DNA of 64,000 nucleotides from an uncultured Pseudomonadota bacterium. Lineage in GTDB: Bacteria; Myxococcota_A; Polyangia; Fen-1088. This document shows positions 20,422 to 29,971 of this stretch, one piece after another (position 1 is the stretch's first letter; every line of letters begins with the position of its first letter). A model generated the notes under the pieces. It made no database searches. It was not told the origin of the DNA and worked only from the letters and a program-made list of their open reading frames with translations. The translations under genes and the position numbers were made by a program. Where the stretch lies: positions 675,188 through 739,187 of the forward strand of contig CAWHRJ010000002.1 in NCBI GenBank assembly GCA_963831685.1, written 5' to 3'.

Positions 20422-21294
20422 CTACTTGATGGCCAGGAGCTCGACGTCGAACACCAGCGTGCCGGCGGGCTCGCCCGGTTTCGGGTGGTCGCCGTAGGCG
20501 AGGCGGGCCGGGATCCAGAACCGGACCTTGTCGCCCACGACCATGAGCTGCAGTCCCTCGGTCCAGCCCATGATGACGCCCTCGAGCGGAAAGGTCGCGG
20601 GCTGGCCGCGAGCCACGGAGCTGTCGAAGAGATCGCCGGCGGTCGTCCAGCCGGTGTAGTGCACCTCGACGGTTTCGTCCGACGTCGGGTGCGTCTTCCC
20701 CGTCCCGTGCTTGAGAAACTTGTAGGCGAGCCCGGAGTTGGTTCGCTTGGCGTCGGCGGGCGCCTCCGCGACGTCCGGTGGTGTCGGCGGCGGCGGGATC
20801 ACCTTCACGAAGCCCATCAACGCGACGTCGAAGACCAGCGGCCCGGCGGGCGCCCCCGGCCGGGCCGGCTTGTCGCCGTAGGCGAGCGCGGCCGGGATCC
20901 AGAGGCGGCGCTTCTCCCCCTTGACCATCAATTGCAGCCCCTCGGACCAACCTTTGATGACCCCGTCGAGGGGAAACCGCGCCGGCTCGCCCGTCGGGAT
21001 CGAGCTGTCGAAGGTTTTTCCGTCGGGCGTCCAGCCCGTGTACTCGACGGTCACGCGATCGCGCGGGCCGGGATGCGCCGTGCCGGTCCCCTTGACCAGG
21101 ATCTTGAAGGCGAGGCCGCTGGCGGTCTTCTTCGCGTCGGCGGGAGGCGCCGCGACGTCGGGCGGCGCGGCGGGGGCCGCCGGAGGTGGCGCCGAGGGGA
21201 GCGGCTCGATCGGCTGCGCGCCGAGACGGCCCCCGGCCGCCGCGTGAAGGAGCAGGACGGCGCCGAGGACGAACGGCAGGCGGGGAGATCTCAT
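20422..21294 (-). CDS. Secreted tandem FKBP-type peptidyl-prolyl cis-trans isomerase
   Basis: Signal peptide followed by two FKBP domains (V.V.YTGWT..G..FDSS...G.PA.FPL.GVI.GW.EGLQLMV.G.K...WIP..LAYG). Confidence 0.9.
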   Translation of the reverse strand: MRSPRLPFVLGAVLLLHAAAGGRLGAQPIEPLPSAPPPAAPAAPPDVAAPPADAKKTASGLAFKILVKGTGTAHPGPRDRVTVEYTGWTPDGKTFDSSIPTGEPARFPLDGVIKGWSEGLQLMVKGEKRRLWIPAALAYGDKPARPGAPAGPLVFDVALMGFVKVIPPPPTPPDVAEAPADAKRTNSGLAYKFLKHGTGKTHPTSDETVEVHYTGWTTAGDLFDSSVARGQPATFPLEGVIMGWTEGLQLMVVGDKVRFWIPARLAYGDHPKPGEPAGTLVFDVELLAIK

Positions 21295-21359
21295 GCCCGC
21301 CGCTTACCACGACCGCCCGCCGAGGACCATTCGGCGCCCCGGGTCCCGAAACCTCGCGA

Positions 21360-22670
21360 TCAGGGCGTGATGCGACCGATCTTGTTGGCGGCTGATTCGG
21401 TGAACCAGATGTTGCCGTCGGCACCGGCCGCGAAGAAGTACGCCGCCGCCTGGTCGGTCGGCGGCGTGAACTCGGTGAGGACGCCTTGCGGCGTCAGGCG
21501 GCCGACCTTGTAGCCGTTGCTCTCGCCGAACCAGAGGTTGCCGTCGGGGCCGGCGATGATGGAGGTCGGCCCGGCCAGATTGACCCCCTGCATGGGCCGG
21601 ATGGGAAACTCGCTGATGGTGCCGGTCGGCGTGATGCGGGCAATCCGGTCCAGATCGCCCTCGACGAACCAGATGTTTCCGTCGGGTCCGTTCGTGAGGA
21701 ACGTCGGGGCGGCGTAGGCCGAGGGGACCGAGAACTCGCCCGTGACGGTTCCCGTCTTCGTCACGCGCGCGATCTTGTTCGTGTTGGCCTCGGCGAACCA
21801 GAGGTTGCCGTCGGGTCCGGCGATGATTCCCTGGGGACCGGTGGCGGTCGAGAAGACCGGCAGCTCGGTGACCACGCCCGCCGTCGTGATGGTGGCGAGG
21901 CGATTGCCGTACTCTTCGGTGAACCAGAGGTTGCCGTCGGGACCGCTGGTGATGTCGTATGGGCCGCCGTGCAACGTCGGCACAGGCGAGAACTCCGTCA
22001 CGACGCCGGCGAGCGTGAAGCGGCCGATCCTGTTCCCGTCGACCTCGGTGAACCAGAGGTTGCCGTCGGGGCCGTTGGTGATCCGGAACGGGGTGATTGT
22101 GCTGGTCGAAATCACTGGGAACTCGGTGACGACGCCTGCCGTGGTAATTCGCGCGATCCGGTTGCCGGTCTCCTCGGTGAAATAGAGGTTGCCGTCCGGG
22201 GCCGCGACGATGCCGCCCGGGGCGCAGTTGTCCGTCGGGATTGCGAACTCGACGATGGTGCCGGAGGGCGGCCGCCCGCCCGCCCCACCGGTGCCTTGGA
22301 TGCCGCCGGCACCGCCGGTGGCGATCGTCCCGCCGCTGCCGACGATGCCGCCCGTGGCGACCGTTCCGCCGCTGCCGACGATGCCGCCCGTAGCGACGCT
22401 GCCGCCGGTGCCGGTGCCGCCGTCGACGAAGCTTCCGCCCGAGCCCGGCGCGCCGGCAGCGCCGCCGTCGCCGAGAACGACCACGCAGCGATCGGAGAGA
22501 CAGACGAGGCCGACGTCGCAGGTTCCGTTGCCGTAGCAGGTGCAGCGCTCGGCGCCCTGGCTGCAGGCGTCGGTCTGCGGGCTTCCGGATCCTCCGTGGC
22601 AGTCGACGCCGGTGCCGAGGGCCAGCCCGATGACCAGCAGCATGCGGGCGCAGCAACTTCTCGCAGGCAT
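21360..22670 (-). CDS. Secreted Vgb (virginiamycin B lyase)-like beta-propeller repeat protein
   Basis: MPARSCCARMLLVIGLALGTGVDC, then a Gly-rich linker, then about seven repeats of GPDGNLWFTE...N.I.RIT..G..TEF. Confidence 0.8.
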   Translation of the reverse strand: MPARSCCARMLLVIGLALGTGVDCHGGSGSPQTDACSQGAERCTCYGNGTCDVGLVCLSDRCVVVLGDGGAAGAPGSGGSFVDGGTGTGGSVATGGIVGSGGTVATGGIVGSGGTIATGGAGGIQGTGGAGGRPPSGTIVEFAIPTDNCAPGGIVAAPDGNLYFTEETGNRIARITTAGVVTEFPVISTSTITPFRITNGPDGNLWFTEVDGNRIGRFTLAGVVTEFSPVPTLHGGPYDITSGPDGNLWFTEEYGNRLATITTAGVVTELPVFSTATGPQGIIAGPDGNLWFAEANTNKIARVTKTGTVTGEFSVPSAYAAPTFLTNGPDGNIWFVEGDLDRIARITPTGTISEFPIRPMQGVNLAGPTSIIAGPDGNLWFGESNGYKVGRLTPQGVLTEFTPPTDQAAAYFFAAGADGNIWFTESAANKIGRITP

Positions 22671-22731
22671 GGCCCGCGACGATACATTCATCGCCTCAGG
22701 ATGCCACAAGGCATGCGCCTATAATGCGGCG

Positions 22732-24201
22732 ATGGTCGTCTCTCGTGCGCTCCGGCTGACGGCCACGGTGGCGGTGGCTTCGGTCGCGGTCTTGGGGTGC
22801 AAGGGCAGTGCAAGGCCCGCCGCCGGGCCGGAGGTCGCGGTTCCCGGCGGTGCGCACGCCGACGCCGCGGGAGCGCAATCGGCGCGGCCCTCCCCGGCGG
22901 GGATGAAGGCGCCGTTCGAGCCAAGGAGGTCGGCGTTGGCCAGGACCTTCGCCGCCGGGGTGCAGGCGTTTCGAGCGAAGAAGTACGGCGCGGCGGAGCA
23001 GCTTTTTCATCAGGTGGTCGTCGCGCGCCCGGACGACACCGCCGCGCGCTACCAGGAGCTTCGGGCGGCCGCCCACGCCGAGCCGGACGCGGATCTCCGG
23101 GAGCCCTTGCGCGCCCTGCTCTTTCGAGACTTCGTCGCTTACGACCACCGCCTCCGCACCGGCAAGGACTTCGCGCCGCTCTGGGCGTCCCCGCGCGCGA
23201 GCGCGCTAGAGGCAATCCGGGCGGCAGCGCGCGCCGCCTACGCCGACCGGCTCGCGGAAGGCGCCTTCTTCGTCGCCAGGAACCGCGCCGCCGAGTCCGG
23301 CGAGGACGACGAACCCGGGAAATCGGCCCTCGCGCTTCATCAAGAGGTGTACGCGTTCGATCCCACGAGCCGGCTCGTCCGCCGTTTGAGCGAGACCGGC
23401 GGCGACGTGGCCGGGGTGAAGGTCGATCGCGCCGGCAAGCTCCTGGTCATGCTCATCGCGAGGGAGCTCGTGCCGACCGAGGCCGAGACCACCTTGAGCT
23501 TCGCGGCGACCTCGGCGCAGACACTGTCCCTCGAGACCCTCGACGCCACGGGACCCATCGCCTTGCCAATCGGGGCGTCCGTCACGACGATCATTCTCTG
23601 CACGACCGCGAAAGCGGAAGCCCGCTGGATCGTCGGCCGAACGATCTACGCGCTCGACGCAAACAAACGGAAAGCCGTCGCGATCAGAAAGGACGACTGC
23701 GCGCCGACCACCCGGGTCTCCGTCACGCCCGAACGCGGCTCGTTCCTGCGAGGCACCGAAAGTTTCGCCGACGCCGGGGTGGTCGACCTGTCTGTCGACG
23801 GAGGGTCTCGGCCGATCAAGATCGCGGAGCTGGCGCGGTCCGCCTCCGTTGGCTGGTCACCCGGACGGTCCCGGCTCGCCTTTGCCCGCCCGCTCGATCC
23901 CTGCCGTCTCCAGGTTTCGGGTTGGCCCCGCGCCGGCATGAACAGTCTCGACGTCTGGGACCGCGCCGCCGCGCGGACGATCCGGTTGGCCACCGCGTTT
24001 TCGTTCTTCGCCTGGGACTGGATTGACGATGACCATCTCGTTTACGAAGGCGGCGGTCCCAGGGACAACAAGATCGTGGTCCACGACTTTCGCGCGCAGA
24101 CGGACGCGGTCCTCGAGGTTCCGTCGGGGGCGGGCCTCGCCGCCGTTCCCTCCTTCGATTGCGGCCCGGCCGTCGAAGAGAGCGACGACGGCGCGGAGTA
24201 G
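22732..24201 (+). CDS. Lipoprotein, TPR-like N-terminus and propeller-like C-terminus, unknown function
   Basis: MVVSRALRLTATVAVASVAVLGC lipobox. A long ORF divergent from the Vgb-like gene. Confidence 0.6.
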   Translation: MVVSRALRLTATVAVASVAVLGCKGSARPAAGPEVAVPGGAHADAAGAQSARPSPAGMKAPFEPRRSALARTFAAGVQAFRAKKYGAAEQLFHQVVVARPDDTAARYQELRAAAHAEPDADLREPLRALLFRDFVAYDHRLRTGKDFAPLWASPRASALEAIRAAARAAYADRLAEGAFFVARNRAAESGEDDEPGKSALALHQEVYAFDPTSRLVRRLSETGGDVAGVKVDRAGKLLVMLIARELVPTEAETTLSFAATSAQTLSLETLDATGPIALPIGASVTTIILCTTAKAEARWIVGRTIYALDANKRKAVAIRKDDCAPTTRVSVTPERGSFLRGTESFADAGVVDLSVDGGSRPIKIAELARSASVGWSPGRSRLAFARPLDPCRLQVSGWPRAGMNSLDVWDRAAARTIRLATAFSFFAWDWIDDDHLVYEGGGPRDNKIVVHDFRAQTDAVLEVPSGAGLAAVPSFDCGPAVEESDDGAE

Positions 24202-24243
24202 CCAGCGTGGTAAACTTGCGACCTATTCTATAGGAGGGCTTAC

Positions 24244-24909
24244 ATGCGAGCTTATCGGGGGACGTTGGGCGGCTTGGGGATTCTCGCGTTGGCCGCGGTG
24301 GTCGGGTGCACGGGCGGCCCGCCCAATGGCAGCACCGGCACTGGGGGAGCGGGCGGCGTACCGGCCATGCATCGCGCGACCGCCATGGCCTGTTCGGGGG
24401 AGCTGGCCGAGGCGGGCGCGCCGATCTCGATGCCTGACGGTGGTCCGACCGGCCCCTCCTCGACGCCGTACCCCATCGCACAGGATGGCAGTTTCATCGG
24501 CTGCAACTCGGACAGCGACTGCCCGCCCTGTCCAAACGGGCAGCGCGATCATTGCTTTGGGGAGCCGAGTCTCCCTTCGTTCCAATATTGCGCTTGCGAC
24601 CAGTGCAACAGCGATCAGGACTGCGGCGCCACCGGGGCTTGCGTTTGCAATGCAACCGGCTGGTCGAACATGCCCCTGGGAACCCGGTGTGTATCGGCCA
24701 ACTGCCGGGTCGATGCCGACTGCGGGCCCGGCGGATTCTGTTCTCCGACGCCAAACATAGAGCGGCTATGCTACTCGCCTGGCTATTACTGCCACACGGC
24801 GGCCGACCAATGCGTGAACGACACCGATTGCGGGTCCGCCGAGGTGTGCAGCTACTCGTCCGCAACGGGCGCGTGGAGCTGCACGGCGATCGCCTGCGGC
24901 GGCGGGTAA
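24244..24909 (+). CDS. Small Cys-rich secreted protein, family member 1
   Basis: Signal peptide plus lipobox (LALAAVVGC). DSDCPPCPNGQ, CNSDQDCG, CRVDADCGPGGFCSP, YYCHTAADQCVNDTDC, SSATGAWSCTAIAC. Confidence 0.7.
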   Translation: MRAYRGTLGGLGILALAAVVGCTGGPPNGSTGTGGAGGVPAMHRATAMACSGELAEAGAPISMPDGGPTGPSSTPYPIAQDGSFIGCNSDSDCPPCPNGQRDHCFGEPSLPSFQYCACDQCNSDQDCGATGACVCNATGWSNMPLGTRCVSANCRVDADCGPGGFCSPTPNIERLCYSPGYYCHTAADQCVNDTDCGSAEVCSYSSATGAWSCTAIACGGG

Positions 24910-24957
24910 CCCCTACCGCCGGCGAGGACATTCGATGCGCGGCTCGCCGCCGCGCGC

Positions 24958-25104
24958 TCAGGGCGTGAGGCGGCCGACCTGGCTACATGCTCCGCCGTCC
25001 GGGCTGGCCGATCCTCCTCCGTGGCAGCCGACGCCGGCCCCGAGGGCGAGCCCGGCGAGCCACATGAAGAGCAGCGTGGAGACCCACCAACTTCGTGCAG
25101 GCAT
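24958..25104 (-). pseudogene. Orphan 5' fragment paralogous to the Vgb-like gene N-terminus
   Basis: MPARSWWVSTLLFMWLAGLALGAGVGCHGGGSASPDGGACSQ compares with MPARSCCARMLLVIGLALGTGVDCHGGSGSPQTDACSQ of 21360..22670. It stops after about 48 codons. Confidence 0.5.
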
Positions 25105-25186
25105 AGGATTTTCACGGTACATGAACGATCGATCCATCGACCGGAAATCGGTCGCGCATCGAGGGTGATACAATCTCGAGCATAGG

Positions 25187-25840
25187 ATGGCTTACATGCA
25201 GGGTTGTCGGCGAACGTCAGGTGCTTGGGGTACTTTCGGATTCATCGCGTCGCTGGTGATCTTCGGGTGCACGGGCAACCTGCCCAATGGCACCGGTTCC
25301 GTTCCTCTGTCGGGGATTCCCACCGTGCATCGCGCGACCGCGACGGTCTGTTCGGGAGAGCTGGCCGAGGCGGGCGTTCCGACCTCGATCTATGACGGCG
25401 GTCCGACCGGCCCCACGGCGCCGGATGGCGGCGCCATCACCTGTGCCACGGACAGCGATTGCCCGCCCTGTCAAAACGGGCAGCTCGATCACTGTGTTCT
25501 CGAGTACCTCGCCACAGGCAGCAGCAACAGGTGCTTTTGCGACGAATGCAACAGCGACCAGGACTGCGGCGGCACGGCGGTTTGCGCCTGCAAGAATGCC
25601 GTCTGGCCGGGCGACCTCCTCGGGAACCTTTGCATAGGGGCCGACTGTCGGGTCGATGCCGACTGCGGCCCCGGCGGCTTCTGTTCTCCCGCACGGGGTG
25701 CTTGCGGCGGCCGGGGTTACTACTGCCACACAGCGGCCGACACCTGCCTGAACGACACCGACTGCCCAGCCGGAATCCCGTGCGACTACTCGGCCGCAAC
25801 GGGCGCCTGGAGTTGCACCACGGACGCTTGCGGCGGCTAG
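25187..25840 (+). CDS. Small Cys-rich secreted protein, family member 2
   Basis: Collinear with 24244..24909 (DSDCPPCQNGQ, CNSDQDCGG, CRVDADCGPGGFCSP, YYCHTAADTCLNDTDC, SAATGAWSCTTDAC). Both share the GGCTTACATGC start context. Confidence 0.7.
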   Translation: MAYMQGCRRTSGAWGTFGFIASLVIFGCTGNLPNGTGSVPLSGIPTVHRATATVCSGELAEAGVPTSIYDGGPTGPTAPDGGAITCATDSDCPPCQNGQLDHCVLEYLATGSSNRCFCDECNSDQDCGGTAVCACKNAVWPGDLLGNLCIGADCRVDADCGPGGFCSPARGACGGRGYYCHTAADTCLNDTDCPAGIPCDYSAATGAWSCTTDACGG

Positions 25841-25887
25841 CGCCCCGGCTCGCCCCCCCCAAGTGACGTCCCGGCTCGACGGCCCCC

Positions 25888-26391
25888 TCAGTGGGCGAGC
25901 GTGGCTTCCCACGCCTTGCAGGCGTTGAGATCGTCCACGGACTTGGCGGGCTCGAGGTCGGTCACCGCGCCGCCCGGCGCTTCCTCGCGCGCCGAGAGCA
26001 CCACCCGCACCGTCGACCCAATCCCTTCCGTCACGGTCTGCCGCTGGATGAAGTAGCGGCCGCCCGCCCGCATGCGGAGCGCGTAGGTCGTGGCGGGGAA
26101 CGACCCGGTGAGATAGACGCCGCCGGTCAGGGAGTAGTTGCTGTTGTCGCTCTGGCGGTCCAGCTCGATGACGTGGCACCCGGGGGCGAGGTCGAACCGG
26201 CCGCCCAGGCCGCCCACCTCTCGCCCGTCGATCTTGCCGATCGGGCCCATGACGTCGGCGACCCGCCTCGGGGGCAGGCGCGTCGTCTCGCCGTTCGGAT
26301 AGAGGGGAACGGCGGGCGGCTCACTGGCGAGGCAGCCGAGCGCGAGTGCCGTCGGGACCAGCAGGGACCGGAGGAGCGCGCGCGTCGTCAC
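25888..26391 (-). CDS. Lipoprotein, unknown function
   Basis: 167 aa, GTG start, LVPTALALGC lipobox. Confidence 0.6.
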   Translation of the reverse strand: MTTRALLRSLLVPTALALGCLASEPPAVPLYPNGETTRLPPRRVADVMGPIGKIDGREVGGLGGRFDLAPGCHVIELDRQSDNSNYSLTGGVYLTGSFPATTYALRMRAGGRYFIQRQTVTEGIGSTVRVVLSAREEAPGGAVTDLEPAKSVDDLNACKAWEATLAH

Positions 26392-26395
26392 CCGT

Positions 26396-27024
26396 CTAGA
26401 GTGCGCCGAACGAATGGATCAGCGCAACCTGCTCGCCGGGGCCGTGGACGCCTTCGATGAGGATCCCTTCGACGTCGGCGGTCTTCGAGGGGCCCGTGCA
26501 GAAGATGACGTTCGGGTCGCCGCCGAGCGCGGCGATGGCGCTGGCCACGTCGGGCAGGATGCGGGCGGGCGCGACGACGGCGACGTGGATCCAGGGGGCC
26601 AGCGCGCCGAGGCGGGTTGCGGTGGTGGCGTCGTCGAGGATCAGGGAGCCGGTCTCGGCGATGGCGCCGCGCGCGCGGGTGATGCCGAAGCGGTAGTCGT
26701 CGATGCGGCCGCGGTCGAGCGCGGTCTCGAGCGTGAGGCCGCCGCCGAGCGCGCGACGTCAGCCAGCCGGCGAGCGCCGGGTCGCAGTAGCCGTGCGTCG
26801 CGCCCTGCTCCTTCAGCCACGCGCCCAGCGCAGCGGGATCGGTGAAGAAGCGGCCGCGCACCGACTCGAGCCGCTCGCGAAAGCGCGAGACGAGGTCGCC
26901 GGGCGCGCGGGCGCCGAGCGTCAACGCCACGTCGGGCGCGTACTCGCGGGAGCGGCTGCTTGTCCGCCACGCCGGCGAGCGCCGTCTTCACGCGATCGAA
27001 GATCAGCCGGCGCGCGTCGCTCAT
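26396..27024 (-). pseudogene. lutC: LutC (LUD domain) L-lactate utilisation protein, two frameshifts
   Basis: MSDARRLIFDRVKTALAG..., then ...LVSRFRERLESVRGRFF...CDPALAGWL, then ALGGGLTLETALDRGRIDDYRFGITRARGAIAETGSLILD...VIFCTGPSKTADVEGILIEGVHGPGE. The three segments are in three frames, with shifts near 26940 and 26760. Confidence 0.8.
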
Positions 27025-28446
27025 GACGGCGTCGCTGGCGTCGCCCGGCTTCGCCTGGCGCCTCTGCTGCGCCGAGCCACTTGCGGAAGGCGCCGCCGCG
27101 CCAGGGCGGCAGCGTGTGGTTCTGGTTCCAGACGCGCAGCGCGCGCGGGCGCAGCGGGCCCGGAATCAATCCCAGCAGCTTCCCGGCCAAAAGCGCGCGG
27201 CGCCAGGAGGCCGGGCGCGAGGCGAGGCGTGCGAACGAGGCCATCGACGGCGACGCGCCGGCCGGGCGCGCGCCGGCGCGCTTGCCGCGGTCGCGCAGGC
27301 GCAGCAGCAGATCGGGGATCGGGATGTTGACCGGGCAGACCTCGTTGCAGGCGCCGCACAGGCTGGAGGCGCTTGCGGCAGGTCGGCCAGCTCCGAAGTC
27401 GATCCCCGGCGAGCAGCGGCGTCAGCACCGCGCCGACCGGCCCGGAGTAGACGCCGCGGTAGGCGTGGCCGCTCGCCTGCCGGTAGACCGGGCAGACGTT
27501 CAGGCAGGCGCCGCAGCGAATGCAGCGCAGGATCTCGCGGTAGTCCCCGCCGAGGACGCGCGTGCGGCCGTTGTCGAGGAAGATGACGTGCATCTCGTCG
27601 GGGCCGTCGAGCTGGCCGGCGGCGCGCGGGCCGGCAGATGAACTCGGTGTAGACCGACAGCTGCTGCCCGGTCGCCGAGCGCGCCAGCAGGTTGAGGAAG
27701 CACGCCGAGGTCGCGATCGCGCGGGACGAGCTTCTCGATCCCGCACGAGCGCGATGTGACAGCCGGTGGCCGCCAGGCAGAAGCGCGAGTTGCCCTCGTT
27801 GGTCACCAGCACCAGGCGCCCGCTCTCGGCGGAGACGAAGTTGGCGCCGGTGATGCCGACGTCGGCCGCGAGGTACTTGCGGCGCAGGTACTCGCGCGCG
27901 CGGCGGGTGATGACCTCGGGCGTGTCGTCGTAGGCGCCGAGGCCGTGCCCCTCGAAGGTGCGCGCCATCTCGCGCCGGTCGCGGTGCATGATCGGCTTGA
28001 CGATGTGGCTCGGCTTGTCGGCGTCGAGCTGCACGACGAACTCGCCGAGATCGGTCTCGATCGACTCGATTCCGTGCCGCTCGAGAAATGCCCCCAGCTC
28101 GATCTCCTCGGTCGCCATGCTCTTGGTCTTGACGACGCGCTTGGCGCCGCGCCCCTCGAGGATCGCCGAGCACGGTCCGGCGGCCTCCTCGGCGTCCGCG
28201 GCGAAGTGCACCTTGGCGCCGTTCGCGCTGCAGGCGCGCCTCGGCGCGTTCCAGGTAGACGTCCAGGTGATCGAGCGCGTGCTGCTTGATGTCGCCGGCC
28301 AGGCGGCGCAGCGCATCGGGATCGGCGAAGTCGCGCGTGAGCGTCTTGATCCGCTTGTCGTACTCGGCCTTGCTGCCGAGTCGGACGGCGTTCCGGCGCC
28401 CCTGACTCTGCCCCGCAGCGAAGGCGTCGATGGGCTCCTCGCTCAC
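27021..28446 (-). pseudogene. lutB: LutB (4Fe-4S iron-sulfur) L-lactate utilisation protein, at least five frameshifts
   Basis: GTG start in a GTGA overlap with the lutA stop. The segments DIKQHALDHLDVYLERAE / NGAKVHFAADAEEA...GANFVSAESGRLVLVTNEGNSRFC / GIEKLVPRDRDLGVL / LNLLARSATGQQLSVYTEFI / MHVIFLDNGRT..CIRCGACLNVCPVY...GPVGAVLTPLL / SSLCGACNEVCPVNIPIPDLLL alternate between frames. The shifts lie near 28235, 27745, 27700, 27640 and 27404-27407. Confidence 0.8.
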
Positions 28447-29227
28447 GCGCGGACCTCGGCGCGCGACTGGAGCGCGTCGCGCAGCACCTGCGCCAGATGC
28501 AACGTGCGCAGCGGCCGCCCGGCCTTCTCGGCCAGCCCGGCGACGTGCATGAGACAGCTCGAGTCGCCGGAGACCAGCACGTCGGCCCGGGCCTCCAGGA
28601 CGTGCTCGATCTTCAAGGTCCCGATCGCGCGCGAAATCTTCGGGAACGCGACCGAGAACGTCCCGCCGAACCCGCAACACTGCTCCCCCTCACCGAATCT
28701 CGACGACCTCGACGCCCTCGATCGATCGCAGCAGTGCCAGCGCCCCCTCGGCGTAGGCCGTCCCGCGCGAGTGGCACGAGCGGTGAAACGCGACCCGCAT
28801 TGGCAGCTTCCCCGGCCAGCGCGAGACGCCGAGGTGGCGCACCACGAAGTCCCCCAGCTCCCACGTCCGCTGCCCGAGCGCGCCGACCTCCGCGCTGTCT
28901 GCCTCGCCCTCGAACAGCAGCAGCGCGCCGTGCGACACCATCCGCGCGCACGATCCCGACGGGACCACCACCGGCGCCGCGTCGCCGAACACCCGCAGCC
29001 CGTGACGCGCGACCGTCCGCGCCGCCGGCCAGTCGCCGCTGTTGAACGCCGGCTGCCCGCAACAGGTCTGGTCCTCGGGGAACGTCGACCTCGCACCCGA
29101 GGTGCTCCAGCACCTCCACCGTCGCCCGCGCCACGTCGTCGAAGAACGCGTCGCAAAGACAGGTCGCCATCAACTGGACGCGCGGCGGGCTCACGTCGGC
29201 GACGTTAACCAGCGCCGAGAACAACAT
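28443..29227 (-). pseudogene. lutA: LutA (CCG-domain Fe-S oxidoreductase) L-lactate utilisation protein, two frameshifts
   Basis: VQLMATCLCDAFFDDVARATVEVLEHLGCEVD / EDQTCCGQPAFNSGDW...VVPSGSCARMV...HRSCHSRG / EQCCGFGGTFSVAFP...SGDSSCLMH. The shifts are at the GGGG run 29077-29080 and the CCCCC run 28686-28690. Confidence 0.8.
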
Positions 29228-29248
29228 GCAAGGGCCTTGCCGCTCTCT

Positions 29249-29275
29249 GCATACATGGGTATGCTCGAAGTATGC
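29249..29275. promoter_or_regulatory. Candidate vapBC operator
   Basis: Inverted repeat GCATAC-atgg-GTATGC (29249-29264) plus a third GTATGC half-site (29270-29275) overlapping the vapB ATG. Confidence 0.35.
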
Positions 29276-29556
29276 GTAGGATTACGATCAGCCTGGATGA
29301 CGAGCTTGCGCGCCTGGCTGAGGCGGAAGTCCGGGCGGGACGCGCCCCTTCTGTGAGCGCTTGGATCGCGGATGCGATCCGCACGAAGGCGCGCGCCCGA
29401 GCCGAGCTCATCGCCGACTTCGAAGAGCTCGAACGTCGCGACCCGACGCCTCCTGAAATAATCGAGTCGACAGCGCGTGCGCTCGGGTTGCCTCGCAGTG
29501 TCGTTCTGAAAGCTCTCGGTCGCCGTGGTCGCGGTGGCGGCCGGCGGGCGGCGTGA
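29272..29556 (+). CDS. vapB: Ribbon-helix-helix antitoxin (VapB-like)
   Basis: The MRRITISLDDELARLAE N-terminus is RHH-like. GTGA overlap with the PIN gene. Confidence 0.7.
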   Translation: MRRITISLDDELARLAEAEVRAGRAPSVSAWIADAIRTKARARAELIADFEELERRDPTPPEIIESTARALGLPRSVVLKALGRRGRGGGRRAA

Positions 29557-29933
29557 CGAGCACCGTTCTGGACGCGGGCGCCTTGATCGCGCTCGAGCGA
29601 GGCGCCGCCAGCGTCCGTCCGTACGTTTTACTGGCTCGTCTCGCCGAGACGACGCTCGTCACCAGCGCGGCGGTGGTTGCCCAGGTCTGGCGAGGCGGCA
29701 GCCGGCAGGCACGGCTTACCCGCTTCCTCAACAGCGACCTCGTCACCGAGATCCCGCTCGACCCCGATGCGGCGCGCCGGATTGGCGTCCTGGCGGCGGC
29801 GGTCGGTTCGCGCGACGTCGTCGACGGACACGTCGCGCTCCTGGCGCTCGATCGCAACGCAGTCGTGCTCTCCAGCGATCCCGACGACATCGCCCGCTGG
29901 GGCGTGTCGGACGAGCGGATCGTCCGCTGTTGA
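29553..29933 (+). CDS. vapC: PIN-domain toxin (VapC-like)
   Basis: 126 aa. VLDAGALIALERG ... DGHVALLA ... VLSSDPDD carries the acidic PIN residues. Confidence 0.8.
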   Translation: MTSTVLDAGALIALERGAASVRPYVLLARLAETTLVTSAAVVAQVWRGGSRQARLTRFLNSDLVTEIPLDPDAARRIGVLAAAVGSRDVVDGHVALLALDRNAVVLSSDPDDIARWGVSDERIVRC

Positions 29934-29971
29934 ACGGCGGCGGCACTTGCGGCGCGCCTCAGGGCGCGGCT

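Noticed and set aside
21486-22724. The 412-aa plus-strand ORF.
   Set aside because: It is antisense to the Vgb-like repeat protein, whose repeats are unambiguous.
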